Origin: Kudoa neothunni
Taxonomy: Eukaryota > Animalia > Cnidaria
NCBI GenBank assembly: GCA_964304625.1
Contig: OZ199839.1
Location: 7,216,207-7,280,206 of the forward strand
Reading direction: 5' to 3'
DNA: 64,000 nucleotides
The translations under genes were made by a program, and so were the position numbers. Positions 26,881 through 41,340 of this stretch are shown one piece after another; the first letter of the stretch is position 1; the number at the start of each line of letters is the position of its first letter. The notes below the pieces were generated by a model, which saw nothing but the letters and a program-made list of their open reading frames with translations, was not told where the DNA came from and did no database searches.

Positions 26881-29708
26881 TGATCTTAATTTTAATCAAT
26901 TTCTCAATCACAGAAATAGAAAAATAAACACAGTTTTAGGTAGGTAATTAAATATTTATCAATAAATCAGCTTTAATCTAACAATTAAATATAATCTATT
27001 GAATGGGGTACCTTATTTTTACAGAAATATAAACACATGATAAGAATCTATTTGGTGTGCCCTTTAATTTTAAAGTTTTCTCACTATTACGAAATAAAAA
27101 GCTTAAAATTAAACAATTCTCTAAATTTTATAATCTGATCCGATTTGTTGGGAGCATTTGATTATAAATATTCATCGGAAGCTTTAATTTTTACTGCTAG
27201 ACAATATTTAATGTAGTAATTTCGGTTGATCTCGTCTTTACACCATTTCTCAATAAGATTAATCGAAAGCAAACGCTATGTCATCGACATCACTTATTCT
27301 CTCCGCTTATCTTTTAAATTTAACAATTTAATTTTATATTAGCAATGTATTGATCGAATATTATTTTAGGTTAATCAAATTTTATTTAAATCTAAAATTA
27401 TTATTTCTATAGATATCTTCAACAAAATATTCTTTAAACGATTTTTATCTACTAGAAAGGTAGCTTATATATTGCGACTCCTCGTTAAATTTTGAATGCC
27501 GCTTTCAAATATTGATTTTTTTGTAGTTAAAAAATATAATATTTGAATTTATTTAGAAAGTAAAATAGATAGGGAAGTGGCTATTGGCATAGTGAATAAT
27601 ATTCAGGTCATATTAGTCCTGATTATTTTTTAATTCTATCTGTTCTTACAGGGCCAAAAGTGGACCAGAAACAATTAAATACATCAGATTTTAAAAATTT
27701 TAAATTAGAAACTGTTTGTAAGTAAGAGTTGCCGAGGTTAAAATTCCAGTGCGCGTGCGTGTGCGAGATTTATGATCAAATTTTACCATGCTAATGGCCT
27801 CTACCATTTTTACCAAAAAGGTATTAAAGGGTTAAACATGAGATTCTTTTCAAAGATTTAGCACCAAAGAAATAAATGACTTAATGTTGTTAATTTTTTA
27901 ATCTTTCATCAAAACGCCCTGAAAATTGAAAAGAGTAAATTTTTATCTTCATTTTAGAATTAATTGAATAAATACTGCAATTTAAGCGATACTAAAGCAA
28001 AACCACGACCTTTCTGTGGATTTAAAGTGATAATTTTTATTTGATAGCTAATATTGTGAGAATATTAGCAACTATTATAGTTGGAGGGATTTCTAAATTA
28101 AAAAATAGTAATAAGTCTATAGTCATTGGAAGAAATTTTATTTTATCGATGTCATATGGTCTAATTGTTCTATATTTTGTAAAAAGTAATTAATTTAGTT
28201 TTTAAGATCTTGGTAGAAATAATTTTAATCAAACAATAATAATTTTTAATAAACCTTCCTGAATTGATATTAGGTGTCTCAATGATGGAAAATAACAAAA
28301 AAATTGAGACATAATTTCAACTAGAACAGCTCTTTTTCCAACAAAAGGTAAAATCGCTGGTCCAGTTTGTTAGTCGTCAAATTATGGCTGGTCAGGCAAG
28401 CTTCACGAACGTTGTAAATACCACCGGGAATAATATGTAATTCTTAGTCTTAAATTTCTGAGATCGAGTGGATGTTTGAAATCACTAAATATCCACGTAT
28501 TTGAGTCATTCTACCCTCTTTCAATTGCAATAATGTTGGCTCCTTACAGCCCGCAGGATCTTAATTACTTACCACGTCCCCCACGATGCAAACATCAAAC
28601 CCAACCCTCGTCAATTCACCAACCTATAACTGCAGGTGCATCACAAATACCAGATTTCCTCGAACACAAGGCAGTTCTTGTTTAATTTTCGCATTAATAA
28701 AAGACATTTAATCGTTGTTTCTGGTTAAACATGAAACTTAAAGCAAAATTTTCTTTACAATGAGAAAGGGTCCTACAAAATGATTTTTTAATTATTCTTG
28801 TTATAAAAATTGACATCTAATATACAGTAATTATAATAAAATCATTATTTTCGGATATTTATATTTACTAAAATTTGAGAAATTTTACCTGATGGAACTC
28901 CTCTCAATATCTCAAGATTTAATTTTTAACGTATAGTAAAAGAAATATCTGAACTACCTAATAATGGTACGTTATCCTCGAATACCAAGCTTGGAGCGTT
29001 TATCAAAAAAATTATCAATTTCAACGTAAGTGTTTTTCTCTCTTTTTTAATTATTTTTAAGATATAAATGTTTGGCAACATTTTATCGTTGTTTTTTCTT
29101 CATTCTGCCTCATATATAATTATTAACAAGGCGTTTCCTAAAAATCCCAATACTTCAAATAATTGAAATTAGAAAATCCAAACTTGATCAATTATATTAT
29201 TATTTGACCAAGGTTTGATATCTGAAGTGTCGCAATTAACACTAAATTCTAATTACAAGGCTTCTTTTAAACCTTCTTAAAGAGTGAGATCACTAGGTCT
29301 ATCTATTTCCTTATGACAGATTATACGTAATAAGCTTTATACGTCAGAAGTATAACTCCAGAAAATGAGTTCTTTATCTTTAATATTTACTTCGGAGTTT
29401 ATAAAAGCAAAAGATTCGTAAAAAAGATGAATTGTCAGGTATAAGTTATCCTTACACTCTCTTTAAAGTATTTTGACATTAAATATATTGCTAGGTCATA
29501 TTTTGAGGATAAGTCAAATAATCGGAGACACAATGCACATTCATAGCAATAGATGGCCAATGTTTGTTTAGAAAAAAACTCATAGAATAAAGACAATTTT
29601 CATTTTCACACCTTAGAGGGTACTATACAAAAACACAAATGATTTATGTTTTATAGTAGAAAATTATATATGTTTAATTAAAATATGTTAATAGAGTAAT
29701 GAGGCTGT

Positions 29709-32700
29709 TTATTTTTCTGCAAACGATCTTTTATACTAGAAGAATAGTCAATTACTAATCAATAATATTCATAATATACCAAGGAATGGAAGTTGACAAA
29801 GGAATTTTCCAAATCATTGGCCATTTTAGACCCATTCGCCTGTTTAATAGCATATTTAAACTAATAAACAACACAAAAATTAATACTTGTCGTTTCAAGC
29901 ATAGGAAATGGTGATCATCATCCATTAATAAAGGGCTCTTAGTAATTTTATTATAAATAATTGAATTTGTGTTTATATTTTGAGCAAGATAATCCGAGCT
30001 TATTTTAAAATTATTATCACTGTGGCCACTATCCATTTTTAAAACTATAAAATTATCACAATAGCACCGACAATCATCCACCAATCCAATATACATTGAG
30101 CAAGTGATTTTTTGGTAATATTTGTAGTATTGGATGTGGGTGGTGATGGGACTGTTGATTTTTGGTTTATTTCATCGTCATATGAAGATTTGATAATTTT
30201 GCACACCTGCGAGAGATGTTCGTTCAGTAGAGGAGGTAGAGGAGTACAAAAGGCAATCACACCTTCTCTATCTCTACAGAAAAATAGATAGATCGTAAAA
30301 TTCTGTAGTAGTTGGTTCACCTAGGCAATCTATTAGCCAAATCAAGCAACATATGTTGAGGTAGAACGTATCTGGTTGATTGGAAAACTTATTCAAATTC
30401 AGACACACACAAAAAATACTCGGGACTTTCATCATATTTTTGAGCAGTGGTTTCTCTCCAAACAAACAACTCTTCAAGGCAGCGAACCTACAATAAGTAG
30501 TTATTCAACAATATCCACAAAGAAATCACTACAAACCTTGGTGCATGACATATTGCGAGAGAATTTTTCTTTGAATTTTATGAGTGCGATAAAAGCTTCT
30601 GGTGGTTTCTCATACACCTACAGCAGCAACAACATGAATAAAACGTTCAACTTCCAGCTCGACAAATGATGCAAATAATCTCACATTTAATGAAACATCT
30701 TTGCACTCGTTGAGAACATTCAACAAGACAGTGCCTTTATTTTGGTCACATTCCAACAGATCAACCACCAATCTGTCATAGATGTAATGAAGATAGTGGG
30801 TATCGATACGAGCATATTTGATCATTTCATCAGTCAGGGGTCTATACGAGCGATGAAAGTTAGTTTGAATAAAATTATTTTAGCCATTAATCTTAAAAAT
30901 GGTTGTAATACCGAATTCTCCAATCTGCCTTCTGGTAGGATTTATCGGTATCCACATCACAATAATGCTGTAGTAGATGTGCAAGATTCCGTCTCGGAAA
31001 CGGTAGTATTTTACTCGCTACGTACGTGTCGAACATATTTACAACATAAATGCCGAAATCACGCTGTAACCATTTAATGTCACTATTGGCACCATGAAAG
31101 ATCTAAAAAATTGACGCTCAATCCCGATTGCATAAATACAGACTAGTTTAGTTGGCGAACCTTTAATATATTGGGGTTTGCGAACAACTCATTCAAAATT
31201 GTAAGGTGATCATGCAAAGCAATGGTATCAATAATAAAATCTTCTTTTCTAGTAGACAACTGCATAAGACACACAAACCCCAAATAAGATCGCATAGAAT
31301 GAGCCTATTAACAGATTGATTCAATTAAATCGACATAAACTAAACCTCCAGATCAACAGCGATCTCTTTAATATTTGAGGATTTGATAAAGTTCATAAAC
31401 CTATCCAACTCATCCAATCTCTCAATGTAATGGAAATCTTTGCCCAAAGGTCGCGTCCCCCCTCTACAAATACATGTATTCCCTCAATTATAACCATTTA
31501 GTCGATTGTCGCTTACAATTTTTTGCTTATATCTCTTTCTATACTCCTTTATATCGTATTGATGCTGGTGGATCTCATATGCGTATAGATGTCTATTTAG
31601 ATTGAATCGGGAGATCAAAAAATTGTCTACTTTTCGAATAGATGGATTATGCGTTCGTTATCGCATATTTTAACAAACTCTTCTTTCGCTATGACAAAAT
31701 AATAACAATAATTCTAATAAATTCTAATGGGGATGGGCTAATTATGCGGACGTTAATGTATTGGAAACTTAATTTCGACCACAGCTAAATAAATGATGTT
31801 TACAGAAAAAGAAAACGATAATTTAGTTCAACACGGCCGATTATTATTCGAAATTCATAAAATAAACATATCAATAAAGAATAGAAAAATGAAAGTTGAA
31901 TTCGCGAATAATGCCATAATATTTCTCCTAACTTCAAGCTTAGGGGAAGTTTTTAGTGAATAGATATTTTGATATTTATAATAAACTTAAGAGAATTAAA
32001 TTTGTCCGCTAAACTAGCCCCATCAATAAAAATATTGTACACGTATCTAGGGCAATTAATGCATGCGGTTTAGTCTTTAAGCACGGTCGAAAGGGACTAT
32101 AGTCGTTATTCAGTTTGTTCGTCCACTTCAATTGTGGCTTAGCAATATGGTTGCATTCATTTTTAAGAATGTTTCTAAAATTTGTCACCTACAAATACAT
32201 ATGAGTATTTTAATAGGTCACAGCATTGGATTTTAACGACATAATGATTATACATTAGATTGAGCAGAAGTATTGATGAGATTGTATTTGTCTAATAGTT
32301 GCTGATTAGTATCATTAGAGGATGTAATAGAACTGTGTGATTCTCCATGGACTGCCTCGTTCAACGTTCTACCCTGTAAAAATGTTAATACATCTATTGT
32401 AATGTAGAGAACGTACAAATAATTCCAAAATATAATCGTTAACATCGATAATAGTTTCCATTTGCTGCTCATCACAAGTTTTCGATTTAAAATCATTAAG
32501 TTGTAGCTTTGGAGGCCATTTTGGAGTACAATTCAATGTTCCAGGCAGTGCTCTTATGGTTTGTTGGATAGATTTATTCAGTTGGTCCAGTCGCTTGTTA
32601 TAATCTTGAAATGTACTCATGTAGACCAAATCAGATTCTTCCGTAGGCAAAAGACACGACTGCTTCACAATCTTTTTCATACTTTTGACACAATCCTATA

Positions 32701-32778
32701 ATACTCATTATTCTAGTCAATTATTTTGGAAAATCTCACGTCGAAAAATAACTTCGCTTTCTCGGAATCTTCAAACAT
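29709..32778 (-). CDS. EXOSC10: Exosome component 10 / RRP6 3'-5' exonuclease
   Basis: EIAVDLE|[19 protein letters not shown]; [26 protein letters not shown]; ADWRI|[23 protein letters not shown] (DEDDy motifs); downstream HRDC-like DESPEY. ATG at 32778; 3' end approximate. Confidence 0.93.
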
Positions 32779-32816
32779 CGAACCCCAAACTACACCGCGT
32801 GCCCCCTATTGTTGGT

Positions 32817-32822
32817 CACGTG
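32817..32822. promoter_or_regulatory. E-box CACGTG upstream of EXOSC10
   Basis: GTCACGTGG 39 bp from the ATG. Confidence 0.4.
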
Positions 32823-33012
32823 GTTAAGAAATTAGCTTAGATTAGATCAATTTTTTAGAAATATATAAAATTATTATTATTTTCGATTTAAAGAATAATA
32901 TTAGTATTAAATGAATGAAATATTACTAATGTGAGACGGGAGCTAGTCTTTAAGTCAGCGGTTCTTAACCTGGAATCCGAGAACGAATCCAAGGAGACCG
33001 TGGGTGATTTAA

Positions 33013-35233
33013 CCCTCCGATGATTTTGGGGTAGAATCTACCCCAATGCGATTTTAAAATTCAGACATCTCCTTATGTCGGAAGTGTTGGCGTTTAAGAT
33101 TCTATACATTCCTGTAACACATGTTTCTTTTTAATTTTTGACTAAAATATTTTTTATATTAAAAAATCTATTGCATGTTTATCTTTTAAAGTATTTTGAG
33201 GTATAAATTACTCCACCCATTCTTTACGTTTAAATTAAAAAAACGCTTAACTTATATATATAATGTTTTTATAAGCACAGCTGAAATAAATTTACATATC
33301 TCACGATAGGTCATTGTGGTTTAATCTTCTTCATCAATAATTCATTATAAATCTGCATGTCGTAATTTTATATTATGGTTAGACTCATCCCAGTAATTAA
33401 ATATAGCTTTTAGCGCAAAAACATTAATTTTAGTGAATATTTATTTTGAACAATCTAAAAAACTGTCTAAAAAATGTATCGGACAATAAAATTTGTAGCA
33501 TTTGTGGCACCATCTTGTAATATTTTATCATTTTTTTTGAGGACAAAACTCACATCGTGCACTTTTTATGTTTACAGGTGGTTCCAGATGGGAAATGTTT
33601 GGTTTATTGAAGTGCCTTTTTGCCGTTATATTGGTAGAATGTTTGACCAACAACAATTTAAACAGTTTATGGAGTTGCTCTGCAATCTCCCTTAAGAAGG
33701 TTCGTCCATTATTCGATTCACCAAATATTTCTTCATACAATGCAAAAGCATTCACCAATGACAAATCGACTGTGCTAAAGAATACGACTAGGGGCAATCT
33801 CCTTGTGAATCAACCAACAGAAACCAATGCAAGCATCTTGTCGACATTAACTACGCCGCCCTTAATTTTATCATAATCCAATATTAATTGAGGTTTGAAC
33901 TTAAGGTATTCTCCAGCAACAGAGTTATCATGCGTGTCGGAAGTTAGAAGAATCACAGATTTTCTTTTTTTTGCCACATATGATAACAACATATATTTAT
34001 CGTGAAACAAAAAAATGCTTAAATGAAGAGGCTCTTTTCTTGAAGGTTGAAGACAAGATGGTATCTCTTTTTTGTTTTTTATCATTGTTCCCAAAAACGG
34101 CAACTTCCTTTCCAACAATTTCTTCGCGAGAGACATCGATGAGAAGAAATTATCAGCGACAACATTTTGGCCAGAATAAAACAAATGAGTTGTATGGTTG
34201 AGTACGATGTTTTCACCTACGTTAGTTTGTCTGTTCGTCTCAGAATTATTCTTTTCCAAGTAAACGCTGGCATTATAAATGTAATTGGCGATTGGATCAA
34301 CCAATAGAAAAAATTCTTATCATAGTTTGCCGACTTCATGGGCATACACTGGCAGGAAGGACATCTTCCATGGAACGGAACCATTGTTCATCAACAGTTA
34401 CATCCTCATTCGGAGCAAAACATTTAGGTAGCACGTCAACTCACTTCTCCCATATATCACGAATGGCACAGAATTTGTCCAACTTTTTACGTTCTTCGCG
34501 TATATTAAAGTCATCGAAATGCAGTGCTCGGAAATATGTTTGAAGTGCCGAAGTAAAAATAATTGCCGATCAATTTCTCTTCCTTCCTTCTGGCTGAAAA
34601 ACTCACATCTAGGCTCCTCTCTATCCTTATAGGTGGCCGTGAGTATTAAAAATCCTAAATATCCCCTAGTTTCTACCAAATCAAGATCGTATCATTGGTC
34701 GCCGAAATGATGTTTTCCAAGAATATTTGTAAACAAAACGATTTCGTTACTGAATTCATAATTCGAAAATAATAAAAAACAGTCCAACATTTTTTTATTT
34801 TTGTTTGGGCATAGGGTGTGTATAGATTTTATTCTCCGAACCTCTGTTGGACGAGGCTTTGAAGCACTCCATTGAATACTATCTTTACTCGTAAGAACAT
34901 CAATACCAACGTCGATTATTTCTATTTCGTCTGAAAATTCTTCATCTTCGTAAATGTGACTTTAACACTCACTTCCCGAAGAACACAAATTATCGTAGAA
35001 ATCATCCGCCGAGCCGAGCCGCCCATTGAAAAAACGCACTCACGCAAATGCGCCAACAATTAATATATCATTTTATCGTGGGGTTTAAACTATATCCTCC
35101 CGCTGGAAATTTGTTAGATTCTAGTTTTGAAAACTTTGTAATATGTTTCGTACTTTAAACGAAAAAAATATTTTGGGTTTTTATTCACCTCAAATTACAT
35201 TACACGTACACAGTTTTTATGATCATCAGAGGG
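33013..35233 (-). mobile_element. Full-length piggyBac transposon, 2221 bp
   Basis: TTAA TSD on both sides; TIRs CCCTCCGATGAT / ATCATCAGAGGG; internal transposase. Confidence 0.92.
33480..35030 (-). pseudogene. Frameshifted piggyBac (PGBD4-like) transposase
   Basis: ORF pieces 34398-34679, 33810-34304 (NVVADNFFSS, LGTMIKNK, YDKIKGGV..VDKM) and 33528-33797 (C-terminal RCEFC Cys-rich domain) lie in different frames. Confidence 0.85.
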
Positions 35234-37032
35234 TTAAATCAAATCTGAATCCAATTTTATCATCCTGAATTCATTAATATTATGTATTTTTAAACGTTTG
35301 CGTAATTATTAAAAATTTAAAATATACTTCTTGATATTGCAGAAAATGCAATTAGATTGATTACTCTTTTTACAACAACCTGTTATTGCGAAATCAGATG
35401 TCCATGCTAGTTACCATAAAAAAACTCACGGAATCGTTTATACTCGTGTTACTCTTTCAAATACTTGTCAGAATTTTGTGAACTTATTGCTAAAAAACTA
35501 CAAAAGTCTCATTTAATACTTTTTTAATGTCTATTATTTATAAAAGAGTAGAATTTTTGCATTAATCTCGCATTCTATTATATAAAAATTCCTCATTTGT
35601 GAACTCTTTATTGTAATAAACATAATTAACTAAAACAAAGATTTTATATAGTAAAAATATTTCGATTATTACTAGAACATTTTTCACCTCCAAATTTTTT
35701 ATGGATTTTACTATAAAACAATTACCCATGTATAGATAAAACTTCATTAAATTTTTATTTTAAAATAATGTACATCATTGTCTATATTTTGTTACAATTT
35801 TAATAAGTTATACAAAAATTCCAGAGAAGGATTTCATAGTTTTTATTTTTTTGTTTTAAAACCAAAAATAATTCACGTATTAATGATTAAACATTTTTAA
35901 TACATATTTTAAAACAAAAGCACAACATGATTAATTTACATAAAAAGAATACTTTAGTAAAATTGGTGATATTATATAAATAATTCAAGTTTTTCCTTTC
36001 GTTCCAAAGTTTTCTTTTTTATCACGAATTTTTTAAATTAAACTAATATTAAAAATATGTACAATTTGAATTTTATTTTTGCTTAGATAAAATAAGTAAC
36101 AGTAATTTTTAATTCTTCTTTAGTTGTTCACTGAAGTGAACAATGGGAACGAAAGTGTAAAATATATGTATGATTGGATTATGCATTAAAACAAGATGGG
36201 GTCCGTGATAAGTCCATTCGGCAAATTAGGGGTTCGCGAGGAAAAAAGGTTAAGAACCACTGCTTTATGTGAGTAATGAGAATTCCCCTTTTTGATGTCC
36301 GACACGATTAAAAATCAATATAAAGATATTGTAAAATAATTATTTCATATTCCTAAATATTTTGGTAATCGTAAAGTATTTGGAATTTAAAAAATTCGAT
36401 TTTTCTTATATTTTTTTAATTTCTCTTTTTACGATAGTATAATTAATAAGGAAGAATATTGTGTAATAAAGTTCAACATAAAAAAAGTTCTAATTTAGAA
36501 CCAATTTATTTAGACCTTTTTATTTTATGAAAAAAGTTCATATTATGTTGTAATAAACAACCAAAATTTCTATATTTTACTAATGTTATTAAAAAATATA
36601 ATCTAGAATAATTTAAATTTTTTAGATAAAGTGTATTATTACAAGATTTATTATAATTTTGTTATTTATATAAAAATCGAAAAATTGTGTTAAAATAATG
36701 AATTTTTAATTTTTCGCTCATAGTTTGTTAAAACCTGATTAACATCTTTCATCATATTATAAAGTAGGAGTAATTAATATTTTGATTTTCGACACTTCTT
36801 ATGTATTTTCGTTCCTGGTGTTTGTAGACTAATAATAAATTTTATAACTATAAGGATTAATTTTAATCGAAAAGAATTGAAAGTCCTATTTTAAATTATT
36901 TAATGGTTATGTTTAATAAATAAATAAACTGTAATCTTTGATTAGATTTCTCATTAAATTAAGGTCGACATATTTTTGATCAATAATTTGTAAAACAAAC
37001 TTAAAAATACTCTTTGACTTTCTCCCAATACC

Positions 37033-37284
37033 TCTATTTATATTGGAACGGGAAGTGCGTGAATAATTTGATTTATCTGGATCACTACAGTACAGAAATA
37101 ATAATACCTAGCGTTAAAGTACATAAATAAAATTAGGAAGATGAAATTTAGAGGGTGTAAATTTAGAGGGTGTAAATTTATTAATTAAATTAATTATATC
37201 CAAAAAATTATCCATCTGAAGAGAAAACTAAAAGTCAAAATTTTCGATCACACATTACCAGGCAAAGACGGGCATTAGCACTAG
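37033..37284 (+). mobile_element. Short Helitron-like remnant
   Basis: 3' end CCAGGCAAAGACGGG...CTAG|T; candidate 5' TCTATTTATA is not preceded by A, so degenerate. Confidence 0.4.
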
Positions 37285-37813
37285 TTGAGTATATAAAGAT
37301 AAAACAAACCATCGAAATTTGTGATATTATTGCAAAAATAAGATACTAATGCCTAAGTAATGTGTTTCGTTGTTAACCAATAATAATAATAATAATAATA
37401 GTAGTAACTTTGAATTTCACACTTAAAGAAAACGTAATTATTCCCGTTATAGTTACTTAAGCCTACTACTAATCAAGGTCTCGTCGGATAATCACTACCA
37501 AGATACTCTGAAACAATGCTAAGTCTTATTTAAAATTCCCATTAAAAATCTCGCAGTCTTGTTTTATAAGAAAACCTTCCCGCTTATTCGCCTATATCTC
37601 ATAAGTTCGTCCCACCTAACACAGTCTCTCTAGAGTTATTAATTAATAAATAAAGATATCAATTAAATTATAGAAATTAAGCCCCACTTCATTTAGATGA
37701 GTTGACAAAACGAGGGTTATAAGTTATAACTACTAGTATAATTCCTCCCCCGAACGCGATAATCCACTTAAAATCACCCAGAAAGCACGCGTATTTCATT
37801 CGTGACATATTTT

Positions 37814-37819
37814 CACGTG
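37814..37819. promoter_or_regulatory. E-box TCACGTGA upstream of PRDX6
   Basis: ~110 bp upstream of the ATG at 37927. Confidence 0.4.
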
Positions 37820-37926
37820 ATATCGTTAACTATTCCATTTGAATTAGTGGGGGATCAGGTAACTAGCAATTGCCTGTTAGGTGTTGATTTCGGATTCGTA
37901 GAAATTCATTAGGCATAATCGGAACT

Positions 37927-38798
37927 ATGGCACCCACCTTAGGCTCAATATTTCCAAATTTCTTAGTAAAAACCACGAAAGGGGATTTCTACGTTCATGA
38001 CTGGATGCGAGATTCGTATATTCCATTATGTGTCATCGGTGGCTTCAACATAAAAACTCCATCCATTTGTTTAGATGGGCGTTGATATTTTCTCATCCGG
38101 CTGATTTTACTCCAGTTTGCACCACCGAGCTGGCCAGAATGGCGAAACTACAGCAGGAATTCAATAAAAGGGGCGTCAAAATTATGGGCCTATCTCTGGA
38201 TTCTTTGGAGAACCATAACCGCTGGATTGATGATATAAAATGCTATGCTAAAATTAGTTCGGTTGATTATCCCATAATTGCTGCTGATAGAAAATTGGCT
38301 TATGAGTTGGGTATGCTTGACGAGGCCGAATTAGACTCTACAGGTCTCCCTCTAACTGCAAGAGCTGTAACACAATTTGTTGTTAGACTCACTTTTGAAT
38401 AATTAAATTGATGAAATAGGTGTTTTTCGTGGGTCCTGATCTTAAACTTAAAGCCTCAATTCTCTACCCCGCAACTAGTGGAAGAAATTTTGAGTATCAT
38501 CTAATAGCATCTGCCTTTATCTGATTCGATTTTGTGTTTAGTGAAATATTGAGACTCATAGATAGTCTGCAGCTCACACATAATCATACTTATGTCGCTA
38601 CGCCCGTGGATTGGAAAGTAATACGATTGTTGTGAGTGTGTTAAAATATCGCCATTTGTACAGACTTCTGAAAAAGTTCTCCTTCAGCCAAAGGTTGAAG
38701 TATCCGCCACACCTTATGCAGAAAGTGATGTGGAATATTTTCCATTCCCTTCCGGTTTGAAGTATGCTCGTTTTGTGAAGGACCCCACACTAAAATAA
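37927..38798 (+). CDS. PRDX6: 1-Cys peroxiredoxin 6
   Basis: [19 protein letters not shown]|[26 protein letters not shown]|[24 protein letters not shown]|[19 protein letters not shown]|..[10 protein letters not shown]. Four micro-introns. Confidence 0.95.
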
Positions 38799-39542
38799 TT
38801 CCATATCCTCGTTACATTCATTATTATTCAATCTGATACTTGTCGCATTCAAAAAGATGTTTTATCTGAATAATTATTTCTTTTTTTACGCGTTCGATAC
38901 ATTATTTAATCTGTGTTAAATTGCAAGTCTCTGCAACTGGTTAAGCGGATTCGACCATTATTAGTTGTCTAAACAATGAGTTAAACAAACTTAGATTTGA
39001 CTTTAAAAAATTCGAGTCGTTAACTTTTTTTATTTGGCCGCACTAATAAGTGCATGATTTTATCATGTAATAAAAATATCAACAATATTGATTAGTCTTC
39101 ATATTTAATCAGTGAGTTGGAATTATTCTACATCACTGGGGTTGTGTTTGAAAACAACACTACGGTGTTTTCAACTATACGTTAAGCGGGAGATCCTCTG
39201 TTTAGCGACTCAATTCGATCTAAAAACATTATATTCTAAGAATTGCTGTGTTAATATCTATAAAAATAGAACATCTATTTTTGAGTCTCCATGATTCTTT
39301 TACTTAATTATTAAGTTGCACAACTAAAATGAAGTGAAAAAATGTGAGGGGGGATTTTTCACCTTTGTTTAAATATTATTAAAAGAAAGAAAAAAATATA
39401 AAAATACATAGATTCAATTGTGAACTTATTTTAATATTTGTTGATTAAAATTCAATGATTAATAATGGTTTCAACAAAAAATTTTGCAGGCGGAAACACT
39501 TAGAGGGTATTTCTGAAAATCCTGACTGTCACGAGTTTTAAA

Positions 39543-41340
39543 ATGGCTGAGGATGTGCCGCTTTGTTCGAAACAAAACTCAAAATATGATAAATATCATC
39601 ACCGTAAATTAGCTATGATTACAAGATACTTTGGTAAACAGTTGAAAATAATTTTGATTCTATTGTTTCTGTTGGTGGCGATTTCGATGTTTGTGTGGAT
39701 GCGAATGCATCGTGTATGCCAAGTTTTTATTTTAAAATTGCCATTATTTTAAATTTAGCCAATTCCCAAAGAACTTAAATATGACGAAATGAAGGTTAAA
39801 TCTGTTACAGCAAAACGGGGCCATCTAAGCAGGTATATAGTTGGGCTGACTTTGCAATCTTTAGACACACTCATAGTACCCCTAATGGGAGGTAAATTAT
39901 CTTTAATTTTTTTAATATAGACGGGTCTTATTTAAGGTATGGAATATTGCATTAGACTCAATGGGTTTCTAAATGGAGCCAAATCTGAAAGTGTTCCTGG
40001 AGTAGAAGCATTCGCTAAAGTTAATAATGCAGGCCCAGAAGGATTCGTTGTCTATTTCTACGTAAATAAATAAATAAACAAACAAATCTACTTCATTAGA
40101 ACTCTCTGTATTGTGTAGACCCATGAAGGTTTAACCCAGCCCACCATTTATTATCGGTATTGCCAAATTAAATGTTTGATCCTAATGTATTTCTGCCCGC
40201 AGTTCAAATACCAAAATGGAAGCCATGATGAAATATGCTCATTATCATGATACAAATCCGACAAGCTTCAATCTATCATTTGTTGGGCCTTTCAATTATA
40301 GTAAGGTCTACCTATAATAGGAGTTGTGGTGATTTATTGATGTAAAGATAATGGCGAATTCACGTTTTTCCCTACACATATTCCATACAACTATCGAATA
40401 GTTATTATGACAGATTATATGAGTTGAAGTCGTTTAGTTTCGATTTGAGTAATTCGTTCTCTCTAGCTTCTTATTACTTTGAAGATATGGTAATGCATTT
40501 CTACGACCACGGCCTGCCTCTTCACATTGTTTATATTATGCCAGTGGTAATTCAACAATTAAAAATTAATTAGTGGATACATTAGGTTCGAAATATTTAG
40601 GAATGTGTAAGGGAAGCTTACGTTGAAACAGGTTTCAACGATTTATTTTTTAAACGATACTAAAATTTCCAGATAGATCACCAAAGACTGAACCGTGCTA
40701 TCTGATCCAAGACTGGGCCAGACTTAGCAACAGGACTGGCAGGGGTGTTGCTTCCAGAATAACACTGCAAGTACAAACCTTGTCCTCTTACGCATCGCTG
40801 CATAATTCAAGCTGTATACTACCATTAACGTATTTTCGCCCCTCACAACTAAAATTTATTGCGTTAGATGAGTTGGTGGATTTGTTTTACAACGAAACGA
40901 GTGATACTGCTCCTAGGGATATTATTAGAGCATTCGTCTACAGCAGCCATGCATTCCTTCTTTCAACAATTACCGATGACTATATAAAAAAACTCCAAAT
41001 CACAGATTACTTTAAAGTGAATTGTTTGGAAATTTACTGAACGATATCCCCGATAACATGGATCTAAAATTTTAGCCTACGGCATGCTAACATTATTTTA
41101 CTCGCATTTATTCTCCATTAAAAAATTGTCTTTATTTCTTCGCATTTGTTCGTTTCGAATTCTCTCCTTTATTTTAGAATAAAACCAATGCAACGGAATT
41201 AAATCTTAAAACAATTGATAAATTATTCTTGGGGGTTTTATTTGTCAACGTCTTTATGGCCACGTCGAGTGCAACTTAAATATTTTAATATTATAGAATG
41301 ATCTTATAAATGCGAGCTTCACGATAAATGCTTGAAACGG
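39543..41340 (+). CDS. Orphan type II membrane protein, multi-exon; 3' end approximate
   Basis: N-terminal basic stretch plus hydrophobic anchor (IILILLFLLVAISMFVW) followed by ~10 small exons bounded by GT-AG; no recognised domain. Confidence 0.6.

Larger units (their letters stand above)
32956..36262. mobile_element. Non-autonomous Buster/Charlie hAT element hosting a piggyBac insertion
   Basis: TIRs CAGCGGTTCTTAACCT / AGGTTAAGAACCACTG; 8-bp TSD CTTTAAGT (32948-32955) / CTTTATGT (36263-36270) of nnnTAnnn type. Confidence 0.85.
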
